Below, one piece after another: positions 29,623 to 49,695 of a stretch of DNA of 64,000 nucleotides (positions are counted from its first letter, which is position 1; each line of letters begins with the position of its first letter). The notes beneath the pieces were generated by a model. The model had not been told where the DNA came from and ran no database searches. It saw only the letters and a list, made by a program, of their open reading frames with translations. The DNA is taken from NCBI RefSeq assembly GCF_009914755.1, contig NC_060931.1. The stretch is one strand, 5' to 3'. The DNA is from the human T2T-CHM13v2.0 reference genome, Homo sapiens. The position numbers and the translations under genes are program-made.

Positions 29623-29923
29623 TTCTTCTTCTTTTTATTTTTTGAGACAGGGTCTTGCTCTATTGCCCAGGCCAGTGTTCAATAGTGCAGTCATAGCTCA
29701 CTGCAACCTCCCAGGCTCAAGAGATTCTCCGGCTTCAACCTCTTGAGTAGCTGGGACTACAGGTGTGCACCACCATGACCAGCTAATTTTCAAAAAACAT
29801 TTTTAGTAGAGATGAGGTCTCACTATATTGGTCAGGCTGGTCTCAAACTCCTGGACTCAAGTTATCTTTCTGCCTCAGCCTCCCAAAGCGCTGGGATTAC
29901 AGGTGTGAGCCATCATGCCTTGC
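29623..29923 (-). mobile_element. Alu (AluJ-like)
   Basis: gagacagggtcttgctc...catagctcactgca...gagccatcatgcc. Confidence 0.92.
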
Positions 29924-29934
29924 TGCCTACCTAG

Positions 29935-30719
<785 letters not shown>

Positions 30720-30868
30720 TGGAGTTGGCAATTATAAAACTACTCCTTTAGTCTCTGAAGTTAGATAATCAAGTTAGATTCTATGAAGAAATAATATATC
30801 AACACTATAAAGGGAATGGAGAAATTTTCCATGGGTTCTGCGGCAGATAATATTAGTTGCCTGCTTAA

Positions 30869-31374
<506 letters not shown>

Positions 31375-31449
31375 CCCCTTTGTATTGAGTACCAAATTTT
31401 TTTTGGAGATGAGGGCATCTTGCCCAATCTAAATTAGTGTTCCAGCCCC

Positions 31450-31790
31450 CAGTTAGGCTGGTGGTTGGACACATAGTTGTAGCCAATGAAATATAATTAG
31501 AAGTCAAATGATTGACTTCCATTTTTCGCTTTTTGATCTTTGCAGTTTCTTAGTTCTTTATGTCCGAAAGCAAATATGGTATGTGGAGGAGGTAAAGCCA
31601 TTTTGTGACCTGGAAGATGAGGGGCACATATTAAAAATGGCAGAATAAAAGAGACAGAGCCTGGCTTCATAATGATATCTTGAATTGATTCACCAGCCCT
31701 GGATTGCCTGCTTTAGAATTTCCTGTTATGTGAAACATAAACCTTTATTTGCTTAGGCCACTGTAGTTATGTTTCTTTTACATGAAACTG
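31450..31790 (+). mobile_element. Old MaLR LTR (MLT1J/K/L-like)
   Basis: gccaatgaaatataa...agccattttgtgacc...ccagccctggattgcct...ataaacctttatttgcttaggccactg. Confidence 0.7.
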
Positions 31791-33417
31791 CACAGAAAAC
31801 TAAAAATTGTACGTTTCCGTGAGTCTTTTGCAATCAAATTCAGAGAAAACCTTAGTTTACTTCTGGAAGATATAGCTTCTTTTCCAATCTTCTAGTGCAT
31901 GAAAACAACCTTTTCTACTTTCTCATTCCTGAGTGAATTGGGGTGTAGAATTGTCTCTATAGCCAGTCTGAGGAAATGATAGTTTTTTTTCCTTTCTGTA
32001 TTTTGTGTACTTGTGCACATAAATATGTGCTGCAGCAAGAGTTAATTTTGTCAACTACCAAAATAAGAGACTGGTTTGAATTTTATAATAACCTTGGAAG
32101 CAAAAAAGGGATTCACTTTGGATATTCCCTAAACAATGTCTTTACATTCTGTTCCAAATTGTGTTGCTCTTTATCAGAACAAGTTAATAATTTAAGAAAC
32201 AAGAAAATAATCAGCTACTTTTCCAAGAGATACAGTGTAAAAGTAGACATGGTCTAATTCAGTGAGATTTAGCAGTCCATGAGGATGTACTTGGAATATA
32301 AGGGGAAAAAAGGCATTTTTAATTAGTTCTAGTAAATCAAGTAGTAGCTGCAAGTAAATTAAGTACTCAAGTAATACAAGTAAATGTGGAAAAAACAAAT
32401 ACAGGACTATTTGTATCTGAAAAAATAATGCAGCTCTCTCATGAGAGCTGATGCAGTTTACATTTATCAGGCACAAAATAAATTTAGTATACTTTCAAAG
32501 GTACATTAAGAATCATAATATCTTTTGAAGTCTTTACTGTTCACACATCCCTGGCCCTTCTGTTCACTTCAAAGGAGTTTGTGAATTGCAAGAGCTTTTG
32601 TGTATTAAAGGATTATATCTGGTCCATTGAGAATACTGTACAGGTAAAGGACATAGTGCTTGATTTTTATATTACTAAATAAAGAAAACTGGAAATTACT
32701 TATGTCTTTTGGTTATAACCAAGCCATTCAACCTTTCTGAACCCTAATTTATCAGCACAAAAAATAACAATGATTATAAACATCCATTCCTAAGGAGTGT
32801 TGAAATGAATAACATGAAAGAATTAATACTTTGAGAAAGCAGATCTTCTATCATTTGTTTCATGATTGCTTTTCAGGATACAAAATCATTTCTTTAGTGA
32901 ATAAACCCATATTTGACAATAGTAAGTATATGAGTTCCATCAGTGAAAGGAAATGTATGAAAAGAAGAATGTTTTAAAAGTAATGTTTTTTTAGATAGTG
33001 TATACTGTCCATTATTTTACTTACAAATTACCCCATTATTATGTAGAGCTTGTAAAATTTTAGAAAACCCAAACTCAAAGGATATGAAAAGAATTCACGT
33101 GCTGGTAAAATATTTTATACTCTAATATTAGGTTAATATTTTAGGTTATAATTGTATTTATTAATATTAGGTTAATATTAGGCATGTATTAGTATTAGGT
33201 TAACATTTTAGGTTATCATTGTATTTATGACACAATTTTAAACCGTATGGAAGATAGTTTTTTTTTACTTTAACACAATGTTAATACTATACATTACTGA
33301 TGTCATTTTAAATAATACCTGATCATGTATAAATTACTTTTATACAAAAAAGATATTCTTATTCTTAGAGTTTAATTGATCAATAGCTGAGATACAGCTG
33401 TACTATATGCATAACTA

Positions 33418-33763
<346 letters not shown>

Positions 33764-33773
33764 AACTAGAATA

Positions 33774-34071
33774 TATTTTTATACTATTTATACTATAAAT
33801 ATATTTTAGTATATAGTAAAAAATGTATTTTTAGTATATTTACTAAATGTATATTTAGTATAAATGAAATAAATTTAGTACATTTAATTTATACTAAATT
33901 TAATTTATTACTAAATTTATTTCATTTATACTAAAAATTTGGTATAAATTAAATATATTTATATATGTTATATATAAATATATAGATATTTTATATCTAT
34001 AGTTTAAAATTTTAGTGTAAATTAAATAAATTTAGTATACTATTTATACTAAAAGTATTTTTATACTATTT
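33774..34071. repeat. AT-rich palindromic low-complexity block
   Basis: 27-bp perfect inverted repeat 33854-33880 / 33909-33935, smaller palindromes, 16-bp direct repeats at both ends. Confidence 0.9.
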
Positions 34072-34092
34072 TATAGTATGAAAATATAATGA

Positions 34093-34413
<321 letters not shown>

Positions 34414-35359
34414 AGTGTTCCCTATTATATTCTTTTAAAATTGTATGTATATGCTTACATACTCACTTACTTATGTATATATAAAAATAGAGAAAAATAA
34501 CAAAATAAGAAGCTCCTAATAAGAAACTCCTAAAAGGAGGAGTTGGGAGATGGAAAAACCTCCCTGGCACTTCTGTCACGTCACATTTAGTCTAGTTTCT
34601 GATCCTCAGGGACATGCCTTAGGGTTACTGTGGTAATTGGCACCTGTGCCTTTACCAATCATCTGATCACAGTAAGCAGTTCCAACTAGTGCATGAAGCA
34701 GTTTGCCAGCTGCCTCCTATCACCAAGGCAAAGGGTTCATGTTGGAATTTTCTTTCTTTTTATGAGCACCAGGATTTATTCTGATTTATGCTTGTTTGAA
34801 CTGTGTACTCCTGTCTAAATGCTGTCTTAGACATTAATTTTAATCCAGTTTTCCCTGTATCTAAATGTGAGGGCTGGCCAACAATGTAATTACTGCCTAT
34901 AGTTATTCAAACTGAGAAATGATGTTTAGAAAAAGTATTAGTCCATTTTCACTTTTATACAATGAAGTACACTGAATACCAAAGCATAGATGTATTTGAG
35001 AATAATTTGAAAGTTGAAACTCTGATTGGCATCTACCCAGAAAATTCAGCTAATCAGAAAATTACAATTCCTAAGCATTCCACAAATTGGAATTTTTATG
35101 ATAAATAATCAATATAATTATACTCAGCATAATTTAATTTTATTTACAAATAGAGCATTATCTTTCCATGCTTTTAAGTAATCATGATAGACATGCAACT
35201 AAAAACCGGTCTGGACTCCCTCAGTTACTATCAGAAGTTCATGCCACCCAGCGTCCATGTCACACCACCCTCAACATGATCTAGTCTCCTACCCCCCACC
35301 TCCCATAATCTTTCCACTGTGCTCACCACTGTGCCTTTCCACAAAAGGAAAATCTCCAT

Positions 35360-36840
<1,481 letters not shown>

Positions 36841-37119
36841 CTATTAACACTGTGGTTTTATTATTTTTAATGTATGAAATTGGTAAAAATCTCTTCTCAA
36901 AATATGTTATATCACAGACATTTTTAAATTGCTTATTCAATGTGCATATTTTAAAATTTTTTTTCTAAAATGTAGTGAGAATTTTTTCATGAGTTTTGTT
37001 GTTAAAAAGAGATACTTGGGCCTCATCTTGGGCTTCTTACTTTGGTGAGGTTTATTTACTTTTCTAAAAATTTGTGATCTCAACGATCAGTTCAGAAGCA
37101 AAGATAATACCTCTTTGTG

Positions 37120-37425
<306 letters not shown>

Positions 37426-37925
37426 CTTACTGTTGAAGTAAAATATATAGAGGGGATAAAGGTGCTTCTCACAGAAGCCGGCACATGTTAAGTCCTCTAT
37501 GCATGTCAGTTATTCCTACCATTGCCCTATCCTATCAATAACCTTTACACACATTGCATTTTTAAAAAGATCTGGGCATGTGATAAAATACAATGAATCA
37601 GGAGTCTGGAGAACTACCCAGTAGGCCAGGCTCCGCCACTTACTAGCTCTACTAAGAGATTAAAACCATAGTAACCTCTCTGATCCTTAGAATCTTCATA
37701 GATAAAATAGGGAGAATGAGGTGGATAGGGAGTGTGGAAAATAACTGTATCATTTAAAAATTTCCTAGGTCCCACCACATTCTATAAGTTCTGTGATGTT
37801 ATGTGTATGGAAAGCTGTTTTCCAGTTTCAAAGAAATTGGGGTTTTTTTGGGCAGACTTCATGTATTTCAAAATGAACATTTCTCAAAGCAGTTTGTATT
37901 TCCTTATCATTTGTGAGGCGGCTGA

Positions 37926-38277
<352 letters not shown>

Positions 38278-38572
38278 TGAAACTGATGTTTTGAGTGAAT
38301 TAGCTGGACATATTTCAGGCTCCAATCCTAGTTTATCTAATAAATCAATTGTAAACAAGTATTGAAGACAAGTGTGATTTATCGGCCTCATGGGGATTAA
38401 TTTGGGAAAAGATGGCCAAATGTGATCCCAGTATATGAAACTAATCATTTTGGTAATTGCTTCTGTGTTAACATCAGTAAAATTCATATTAGTCTTGTTT
38501 ACATGATGTTAACTAAGTCTGTCAGGGTATTTTCCACAATTGAATTCACTCTGAGATTCTCTTAAAACTAAT

Positions 38573-38985
38573 TGTGGTACACAGAATAGTGCTTCCTCCC
38601 CTCAAAAGGTGTTCATGTCCTAATTCAAGACATCTGTGCATATATTACCTTGCAAGACAAAAGGAACATTGCAAATGTTACTACAGTAAGGATTCTAAAA
38701 TAGAAGGATTTTTTGGGTGGACCTGATGCAATCGCAGTGTCCTTATAAAAGGGAGGTGGGAGGTGAGACAGGACAGAAGATGCTTTACATATGGAGGAAG
38801 GGGTCACAAGCAAAATAATGTAGGTGCCCTCTGGAAGGTGGAAATTACAAGGAAACAGATTGTCTCCAAGAGCTGCCAGAAGGAACACAGACCTATGGAC
38901 CTACTTTATACTTCTGGCTTCTCAGAATGTAAAATAATAGATCTTTGTTTTTTTAAGCCACTAAGTTTGTGGTAATTCCTTATAC
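38573..38985 (+). mobile_element. MLT1 (MLT1C/D-like) MaLR LTR
   Basis: tgtggtacacagaat...catgtcctaat...ttaccttgc...ttttaagccactaagtttgtggtaatt. Confidence 0.85.
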
Positions 38986-39254
38986 CACTAAGTTTGTGGT
39001 AATTCCTTATAAGATGTGGTTATTCCTTATACATTTGCCTTGTAAAAATGACTATATGATAGAATTTTCATGAGAAAATATTTATGTCAAGTTCAAGATT
39101 GTTAGGTCCAGTTAATACTTTTAATTTAAAATTTTCAAAAATGTTATTCATCTGAAGTTCTAACACATGAGACAAGTTACTTGTAGCTCTATTAACTATA
39201 GGAAAATCACCTTGAGTAACTTGTCATTGTGAATCATCTAATTAGGTAATGTTT

Positions 39255-39620
39255 TGTGTTGGGAAGAGCACATAACCTGAGATCTACTCTCTTAACATTT
39301 TTTAAGTGTACAGTACAGTATTGTTAACTGTGAGCACAATGTTGTACAAATGGTCTGTAGAATTTATTCATCCTGCATAACTGAAACTTTATACCCACTG
39401 AATTAGCAACTTCCCATTTTACCCTCCTCCCAGCCTCTGGTAACCACCATTTTATCTTCTGTGTCTATGAGTCTGTTTACTTTCAATACCTCATGTAGAT
39501 GGAATCCTGCAGTAGTTCTCCTTCTGTGATTGGCTTATTGCACTTAGTATAAAGGCATCAAGGTTTATCCATGTTGTCACATTTGACAGGATTTCCTTCT
39601 TCTTTTATAGCAGGATAACT
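39255..39620 (-). mobile_element. L1MA/L1MB 3' end fragment
   Basis: gagatctactctcttaaca...cataactgaaactttataccc...atccatgttgtcaca...caggatttccttc. Confidence 0.85.
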
Positions 39621-40117
39621 CATTTACTCTTTTGAGAGGTGATTTTTATTGGATAGAGATTCCAGATATTATGTATGAAATTACTGAAATAGCTGACTTA
39701 CACATAGGATACCTCTCTGTGATGGTTTTAACATATGACCATAAATTCAAAAGGCAGAACCTAATAGTTCTGCTGAGTATGGGTTGGACTAACTAACTTG
39801 CTTCTCACGAAGAGAATAAGACAGAAATGATGGTATATGGTGTTCAGAGCTAGAGTCATAACATATATTATCTACCCTTTTTATAATCTCACTCTGGGAG
39901 AAATTAGCTTCCATGTCTTGAGGACAATTAAGCAGCCCTATGGAAAGGTTCATATGGTGAGGAGCTCAGGTCTTCTTCCAATAGGCTTATGAGTGACCCA
40001 TCTTGGAAATAGATCCTTCAGCCTCATTGGAGTCTTGAGATGAAGCCTTGGGCCATTGCTTCACTGTAACCTTGTAAGAGACCCTGAGCCAGAACCACTC
40101 AGAAATAGGCATGCCTC

Positions 40118-40424
<307 letters not shown>

Positions 40425-40836
40425 AGGCATGCCTCATTTTATTGTGCTTTGCTTCGTTGGGCTTTGCAGATCTTGTGTTTTATGTAAGTTAAAAGGTTCG
40501 TGGCAATTCTGTTTCCAGCAAATTGATCAGTGCCATTTTTCCAATAGCATGTGCTTATTTCAGGTCTGTGTCACATTTTGGTAATGTCCGTAATATCTCA
40601 AACATTTTCATCATTATTATATATGTTATGGTGATCTGTTTTCAGTGATCTTTGATGTTACTATTGTAATTGTTTTGGGGTGCCACACACCATGGTCGTA
40701 TAAGATAGCAAACTTAATTAGTAGGTGTTGTGCGTGTTCTGATTGCTCCACCAACCAGCCATTCCCCCATGTCTTCCTCTCCTCTCTACCCCTGAGATAC
40801 AACAATATTGAAATTAGGCCAATTAATAACACTACA

Positions 40837-42890
<2,054 letters not shown>

Positions 42891-43796
42891 TATGACTTGC
42901 CTAAGGATTTAAATGATTGTTAGCATTTTTATGCAATAAAGTATTTATAAATTAAAGTAGTACATTTTTTAGACATAATACTACTGCACACTTAGACTAC
43001 AGTATAGTGTAAATGTAACATTTATATACACTGGGTAACAAAAAAATTGTGTGTCTTGCTTTATTGTGATATTTGCTTTATTGTGGTGGTCTGGAACTGA
43101 ACCCTCAATGTCTCGGAAGTATGTCTCTATGACACTTCTGGATTTCTGACCTGGAGAAAATGGGTGAAGTAATAGGAGTTTATTGTTTAAGCTGTTAGGA
43201 TTTGGCATAATTTGTTACGCACTAACAGAAAATGAAGACACTCTTCCATGATATCTTTCCTAAACTAAACAATGTTGTAATACTATGTAAATAAAAAGCT
43301 GCCATAATGTTATTGAGAACGTCTACTTTTTTATTCTTTAGCAACAGGGAGAATCAAAATGATCTAGACTGGATTATGCTTACTATTTAAAGAAGTGGAA
43401 AAGTGAGAAATCCACATACTTTGAAAATTCCTTTACAGAGACAAATTAAATTATTCACAGGAAAGTGACTAATAGGGGATGAAAGGCTTAATAACAAAGC
43501 CTTTTCTTCTGCCCTTTTATTCCCAGACTGTCCTACTAATTAATATCATTTAGCTTTCACAGTTCACAATCAGGTCATATAATTAGAGAAGGATTAAACT
43601 CTTCTGTCTTGGAGAGATGGTTAATTTAAACTGTTTAGAAACCATTTAAAGAAACCCACTGAAAGACTTTGAGGAATGGCATCCAGAAATCATGTAGAAA
43701 AACTGTAAATGTTACCAAAAGCTAGAATAATAACTCTACACAAGTACTAGTGCCAAAATGTCTCAAAATTAAAGTATGACAGAAAATATATATATA

Positions 43797-44081
43797 TTTT
43801 TTTCTTTGAGATGTAGTCTTGCTCTGTCGCCCAGTCTGGAGTGCAGTGGTACAATCTCGGCTCACTGCAACCTCCGCCTCCCAAGTTCAAATTATTCTCC
43901 TGCCTCAGCCTCCTGAGTAGCTGGGATTACAGGCATGTGCCACCACGCCTGGCTAATTTTTGTATTTTTAGTAAAGACAGGGTTTCATCCTGTTGGTCTG
44001 GCTGGTCTTGAACTGACCTTGTGATCCACCCACCTTGGCCTCCCAAAGTGCCGGGATTACGGGTGTGAGCCACCACGCCCA
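43797..44081 (-). mobile_element. Alu (AluS-like)
   Basis: full dimer. Confidence 0.93.
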
Positions 44082-44796
44082 ATCAGAAAAATTTTTTTTC
44101 ATGAGTTTATCTGAGTCTATAATGCTTCCTTTCATAGATGCCAATGTGTGAATGTTTTATCATTTATTGACATGACATCATTATTTCACACAGTGTAATT
44201 ACAATTAACATGGCTGAATTATTTGATTTTAGCTTAGATTGTCACATTCTTTTTGCGTTAATATTTGAGACTCTAGAGGTATACTATGTTAAGTGAATCC
44301 TTCAACACTTCCCTCTTTGCAAGTTAGAGTGACCTGAAATTTGTACTTTGAAAGAAACATTCCCAGCATAGAAAAAGCAGGAGAAACAAAGAAATCGATG
44401 GAGACACTTTGAATGCCAGGTCACACAGAATCACTGCATCCATTTATTAAGAAACCCTAGAGTGCAGCTCTTTCCTCCAATTCATTCATATTGTAGCAGG
44501 GGCCTTGGGTCAAAGCTTGTTAACCTGTTCCCCTTATTCAAAACCACCTGATGTTCCATCTTCTCTCTTAGTGTATTCCAAGAATGGAAGAAAATAAACC
44601 TAATTTTGTAAATAGATTGACTGCTACTTATCAATCTTTTTTTATATTTAACTTTGTTTAATTAAAGAAAAAAACGGGAACAGTAAATGTCCATTATTTT
44701 TCCTTGGAAATAAAATGGAAAGAAACACAAGCATACTAATCTTTGCTGGAATTTATACAATGATCATATTCAATTGAAGAGCTAAATGTGTATTCT

Positions 44797-45426
44797 CTTT
44801 ACCGGAAATGGGTCCTGATCCAGACCCCAAGAGAGGGTCCTTGGATATTGCGCAAGAAAGAATTTGATGCGAATCCATAGAGTAAAGTGAAAGCAAGTTT
44901 ATTAGGAAAGTAAAGAAATAAAGAATGGCTACTCCCTAGGCAGAGCAGCCCCGAGGATTGCTGGTTGGCTGTTTTTATGGTTATTTCTTGTTAATATACT
45001 AAACAAGGGGTGGATTATTCATGAGTTTTCCCGGAAAGACGTGGGCAATTCCCAGAACTAAGAGTTCCTCCCCTTTTCAGACCATATTGGGTAACTTCCT
45101 GACGTGGCCGTGGGATTTGTAAACTGTCATGGCGCTGGTGGGAGTGTCTTTTGGCATGAAAATGCATTATATTTAGTGTATAATGAGCAGTGAGGATGAC
45201 CAGCAATCACTTTGATCGCCATCTTGGTTTTGGTGGGTTTTGGCTCCCTTCTTTACAGCATCATTTCATCAGCAAGGTCTTTTGACCTGTACCTTGTGCC
45301 AACTTCCTATTTCTTCCTGTGACTAAGAATGACAAACCTCCTAGGGATGCAGTACAGTAGGTCTCAGGCTTATTTTACCCAGCTCCTATTCAGGATAGAG
45401 TCACTCTGGTTCAAACTCCTTCGACA
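44797..45426 (-). mobile_element. MER41 solo LTR (about 630 bp, MER41B-like, ERV1)
   Basis: minus strand starts tgtcgaaggagtttgaaccagag...gctgggtaaaataag, ends ...cttggggtctggatcaggacc...ccggtaa; TSD ttct. Confidence 0.88.
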
Positions 45427-45620
45427 TTCTCACAAAGTTTACATGTACTTACTTGGGAACTTTACTGCTAATTCTTTGACTTTCTCTGTTTTTTGTTAAA
45501 AAAAAAAAAAGTTTCCCCTTACATTTGATCCACCTACCACCATTGCTTCCTATCTAGAGAACACATACCCAAAATATATTTGAGGAAAAAAATAAATGGG
45601 CAGGGTGACGTGGGGTCTCA

Positions 45621-46021
<401 letters not shown>

Positions 46022-46794
46022 TTAAAAGAAATAAAAGAACCAAAATCAATCAATGGATTCTTTTCTTTTTTTACTGATCTGACCAAATCAATCAGAATGA
46101 TTGAATCAGGCTCTGTTGCCAATATTTATATTCTAGGAAAAAAAAGCTAATATTTCATTTTATATGCTATTAGAATTTGATATGATTGTTCCAGAGAACA
46201 CAGCCTTAGTGTTAAACAGTTTGTATTAAACAAATAATTTGAATAATTTGAACAGGGTTCACTACTAATATCCTTTACCTACCCCCCAACTCTCAGCCCT
46301 CACCTCCTATGGATGGCATTAATGGTTTTTTCATTGTTTCTCTGAGGCTTTGAAGTAAGCATATTTGTAAGACAAAGGTTAGCAAGACTAGCCCAATAGC
46401 TGCTACGGTGGGATGAATGCAAAAAGAGCTGACAGAAGAAATGAAGGACAATTCTGAGCTATTTTGGCAAACTTCACTGGAGACAGGACACCTATGCAAG
46501 TTGAAGGGAAAAATGATAACCAACTAACCGTCGTTAAGGAGAAGATATGCTCATTTTGATCAAACGTATCAATAACCAATAGGATAAACAGAGTATGGTC
46601 CTAATATTAACCTTTTAATTTGCAGTTCCATTGAAAATCGAGCACTATATTTTGTTTATTTATTTATTTTTGTTTTTCAACACACTGTTGCTAGCTTGAA
46701 GGGCACTTTATTTTATGTAAAGATGTTTGCTTATTTTATAGTTGGCCTTTTCAGCTGACTTGGCCAATAAAACTTGTTACTCCTTCAGCTACAT

Positions 46795-47180
46795 AGCACA
46801 AGTGAGTTCTCTGGGAAGCAGATGTTTATTAGGAAGTGCCTTGGGATCTAAATCTGTGGGAGAAGAAGAAAACAGGACTGGGGTAGAGGGAGAACTGCTA
46901 TGCAGACCTGAACAAATGCCTTGGTTGACCCCACAGGAGCTATGAAATGAACAGAGTCTTTCAGTGTTGCTGTGGCTTGGAGTGAAATAGTCTAGTCTCT
47001 TTCCTCCCATGTCAGTGGTTAGTCTGGGACAGCGTAGGAAAGGCAAGACCTTAAGCAAGGTGCATGGTGACTCTCTGCAACAGAGGCAATCCCCCCGCAA
47101 AGGGGCTGATAGTTAATGGTGTCTGATGACAGCATTTTCAGCAACTGGATAACAAGCCTTTACTTGAAGTAACACCTGAG
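46795..47180. mobile_element. Old ERVL LTR (LTR16-like)
   Basis: ttctctgggaagcaga...gtgccttgggatc...ctgtggga resembles the LTR16 family. Confidence 0.5.
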
Positions 47181-47256
47181 TGGCCAATCTATATCACATA
47201 TCTATGTGCCCACTATACCAGTTTAATGACTTTCAAAGATTTTTCACTATGGTTCA

Positions 47257-47624
47257 TGTGTTAGTCTGTTTGTGCTGCTGTAACAAAATACCTGAAACTG
47301 AGTAATTTATAAAGAACAGAATTTATTCCCATAGTTCTGGAGGCTGGAAAGTTCAAGATCAAGGTGCTGGTAGTTTTGGTGTCTTATGAGGGCCTGTTCC
47401 ATTGATGGCAGCTTCTCTCATCTGCATCCTCACATGACAGAATTCAGATGAGCAAAAAGGGGCAAGCACTGTGTGAATCCTCCTTTATAATGCATTCATT
47501 CAGTTCCCAAGGGTGGAGCCCTCATGACCTAATCGTCTCCTGCAGGTGCCACTTTCTAATACTGTCGCCTTGGTGATTACGTTTTAATGTGGATTTTGGA
47601 AGGGACACAAACATTCAAATCATA
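47257..47624 (-). mobile_element. MST/MLT1A-type MaLR LTR
   Basis: tgtgttagtctgtttgtgctgctgtaacaaaatacc...agttctggaggctgg...ggacacaaacattcaaa. Confidence 0.88.
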
Positions 47625-47748
47625 ATTGTCCACAATAAGAAATACCCCTTATATCACCACATGGGAGTGTATGCTTGCTCTCTCTCTCACACACACACTC
47701 ACACACATACATTCTCTCTCTCTTACATAAATAAAACAAAAGTTTAAT

Positions 47749-47766
47749 TATATATATATGTATGTA

Positions 47767-47814
<48 letters not shown>
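47749..47814. repeat. Compound (TA)n(TG)n(TA)n microsatellite
   Basis: read directly. Confidence 0.95.
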
Positions 47815-47816
47815 AA

Positions 47817-48118
47817 TTTTTTTTTTTTTTTTTTTTTGAGACAGAGTCTTGCTCTGTCGCCCAGGCTGGAGTGCAGTGGCATAATCTTGGCTCACTGCAA
47901 GCTCCGCCTCCCAGGTTCAGGCCATTCTCATTCCTCAGCCTCCTGAGTAGCTGGGACTACAGGCACATGCCACCATGCCCGGCTAATTTTTTGTATTTTT
48001 AGTAGAGATGGGGTTTCACCGTATTAGCCAGGATGGTCTCAATCTCCTGACCTCATGATCCACCAGCCTTGGCCTCCCAAAATGCTGAGATTACAGGCGT
48101 GAGCCACCAAGCCTGACC
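47817..48118 (-). mobile_element. Alu (AluY/Sc-like)
   Basis: gcaagctccgcctcc, ggatggtctcaatctcc diagnostics. Confidence 0.94.
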
Positions 48119-49139
48119 CAAAATAATATTTTTTTATTTGTTCCTTTTGCATGTGATGTATTGTGATATTTTCAATTTCATTTTGTTTTGTTCCATTTCA
48201 TTCCATATCATTCTGTTTTTCTTTACTTTTAAAAATGCTGTTTATAACACACTAATCTGATTTCTAAGATACCACTATTAGACTTCAACTTGCAAATCTG
48301 AAAAATGTGATACTAGATAGACTGTGGATAGACAAGTACTCCCATATGCATGGAATAGGCTAGTGTTTCATTATATGGTTGGATTACTTTCATTTCCAGG
48401 AAACCAGAAAAGAGCCACAGTAGGGTTTTAAAGATCTGTGGGCCCCAAAGAGATGCTATGGCTCATAACAAATTTCTAATCTTGAATGCCTTGTTCCAGG
48501 TGGGATGTCATTTGTGATTACTTGTTCTGACAACATGAGCTCCAGGCATGATTTTTAAAGAAGAAAGATGTAAACAGTAACGTCAGTGAGAATCATGATT
48601 TCCAATTACTTATAGAGTTTTAAGAGGAGGTCAGGTAAAGACATACTAGTTTTTTCAGACAGAGGATTCCTGTGATCTGTTGTTTATTGTAGCTTTCACA
48701 TGAGAGGAATTGCTGGAAGAAACATTTGGTATCATGGAAGAAACATTTGGTATCATGCTTCAGAATGTGAGTTTTGAGATGCCTGCAATAAAATATAGGG
48801 TTAAATGCCTGAATGAGATAGTATAGTCATAAAGTTAAGAAAAAAGTTAATTTTAAGGCAAAGATATGAAAAACATCATGAACGTAGCAATATGGAATTT
48901 AGGAAGATGATAAATAAATAACGTCTATCTACTGTGCCCAAAACACCACCACCACCAACAACAAACTAAAAATGCATTCTTTATGCTTGAAACTAGAGAA
49001 CTGAGTTCAGGGTCCTTATTTGTACAAGATTTACACTCAAACACAATAGCAATTTAGTCACAGGTATATAAGCAGAATAAATACGGTAGTGTGGGAGCAG
49101 TATAAACACACAGACATAATGAGAAAGAAAACAACATAT

Positions 49140-49340
49140 ATCTACTATTTTCCATGTTCTATGCTAGAAAATCTACAATTTTTTTCTCATATTTAATCCT
49201 TGCAGCAACCTTCCAGGTGGACTTGATAATTACCATTTTTATAAATAAAAACTTGAGGCTAAGATGTAAGTAACTTAGCAAGATTAGTGGAATCAGGATC
49301 AGAATTCAGATCTCTGACTCTACCCTTTTTCACTACTTTG
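49140..49340 (-). mobile_element. MIR
   Basis: tttaatccttgcagcaacc...aaacttgaggctaagatgtaagtaactt. Confidence 0.65.
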
Positions 49341-49612
49341 AAGTCATATGTATGTTTAAATTTCTATCTTTTAAAAATCTGCAGAATAAATACACATTAA
49401 AACTAGTTATGTATATACTGATATGTCAAAATAGAAGTTGAAAAGCCGGTTAATCAATTTACTACCACATTTCTATATTTTGTATTTTTGCTGTTTGTGA
49501 GATGGGAGTATTATATGTTTTTTAAAAAACATTTATTTCTGTTATAGGAATTTGATAATTTCTTCTCACATTATTGTATCTATATTATATTTCAGTCAGC
49601 CGTTAAGAAATT

Positions 49613-49695
49613 GAGGGCTGCTCTGCCTATAGAGTAGCCATTCTTTATTCCTTTACTTTCTTAATAAACTTGCTTTCACTTAAAAAAAAAAAAAA
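49613..49695 (+). mobile_element. Polyadenylated, 5'-truncated MER41 LTR fragment (retrocopy)
   Basis: gggctgctctgcctat...AATAAA(49663)cttgctttcactt + A14; TSD aagaaatt 49605-49612 and 49694-49701. Confidence 0.85.

Noticed and set aside
39171-39225. 11-bp inverted repeat gacaagttact / agtaacttgtc
   Set aside because: No TSD or other support; too short to call a MITE
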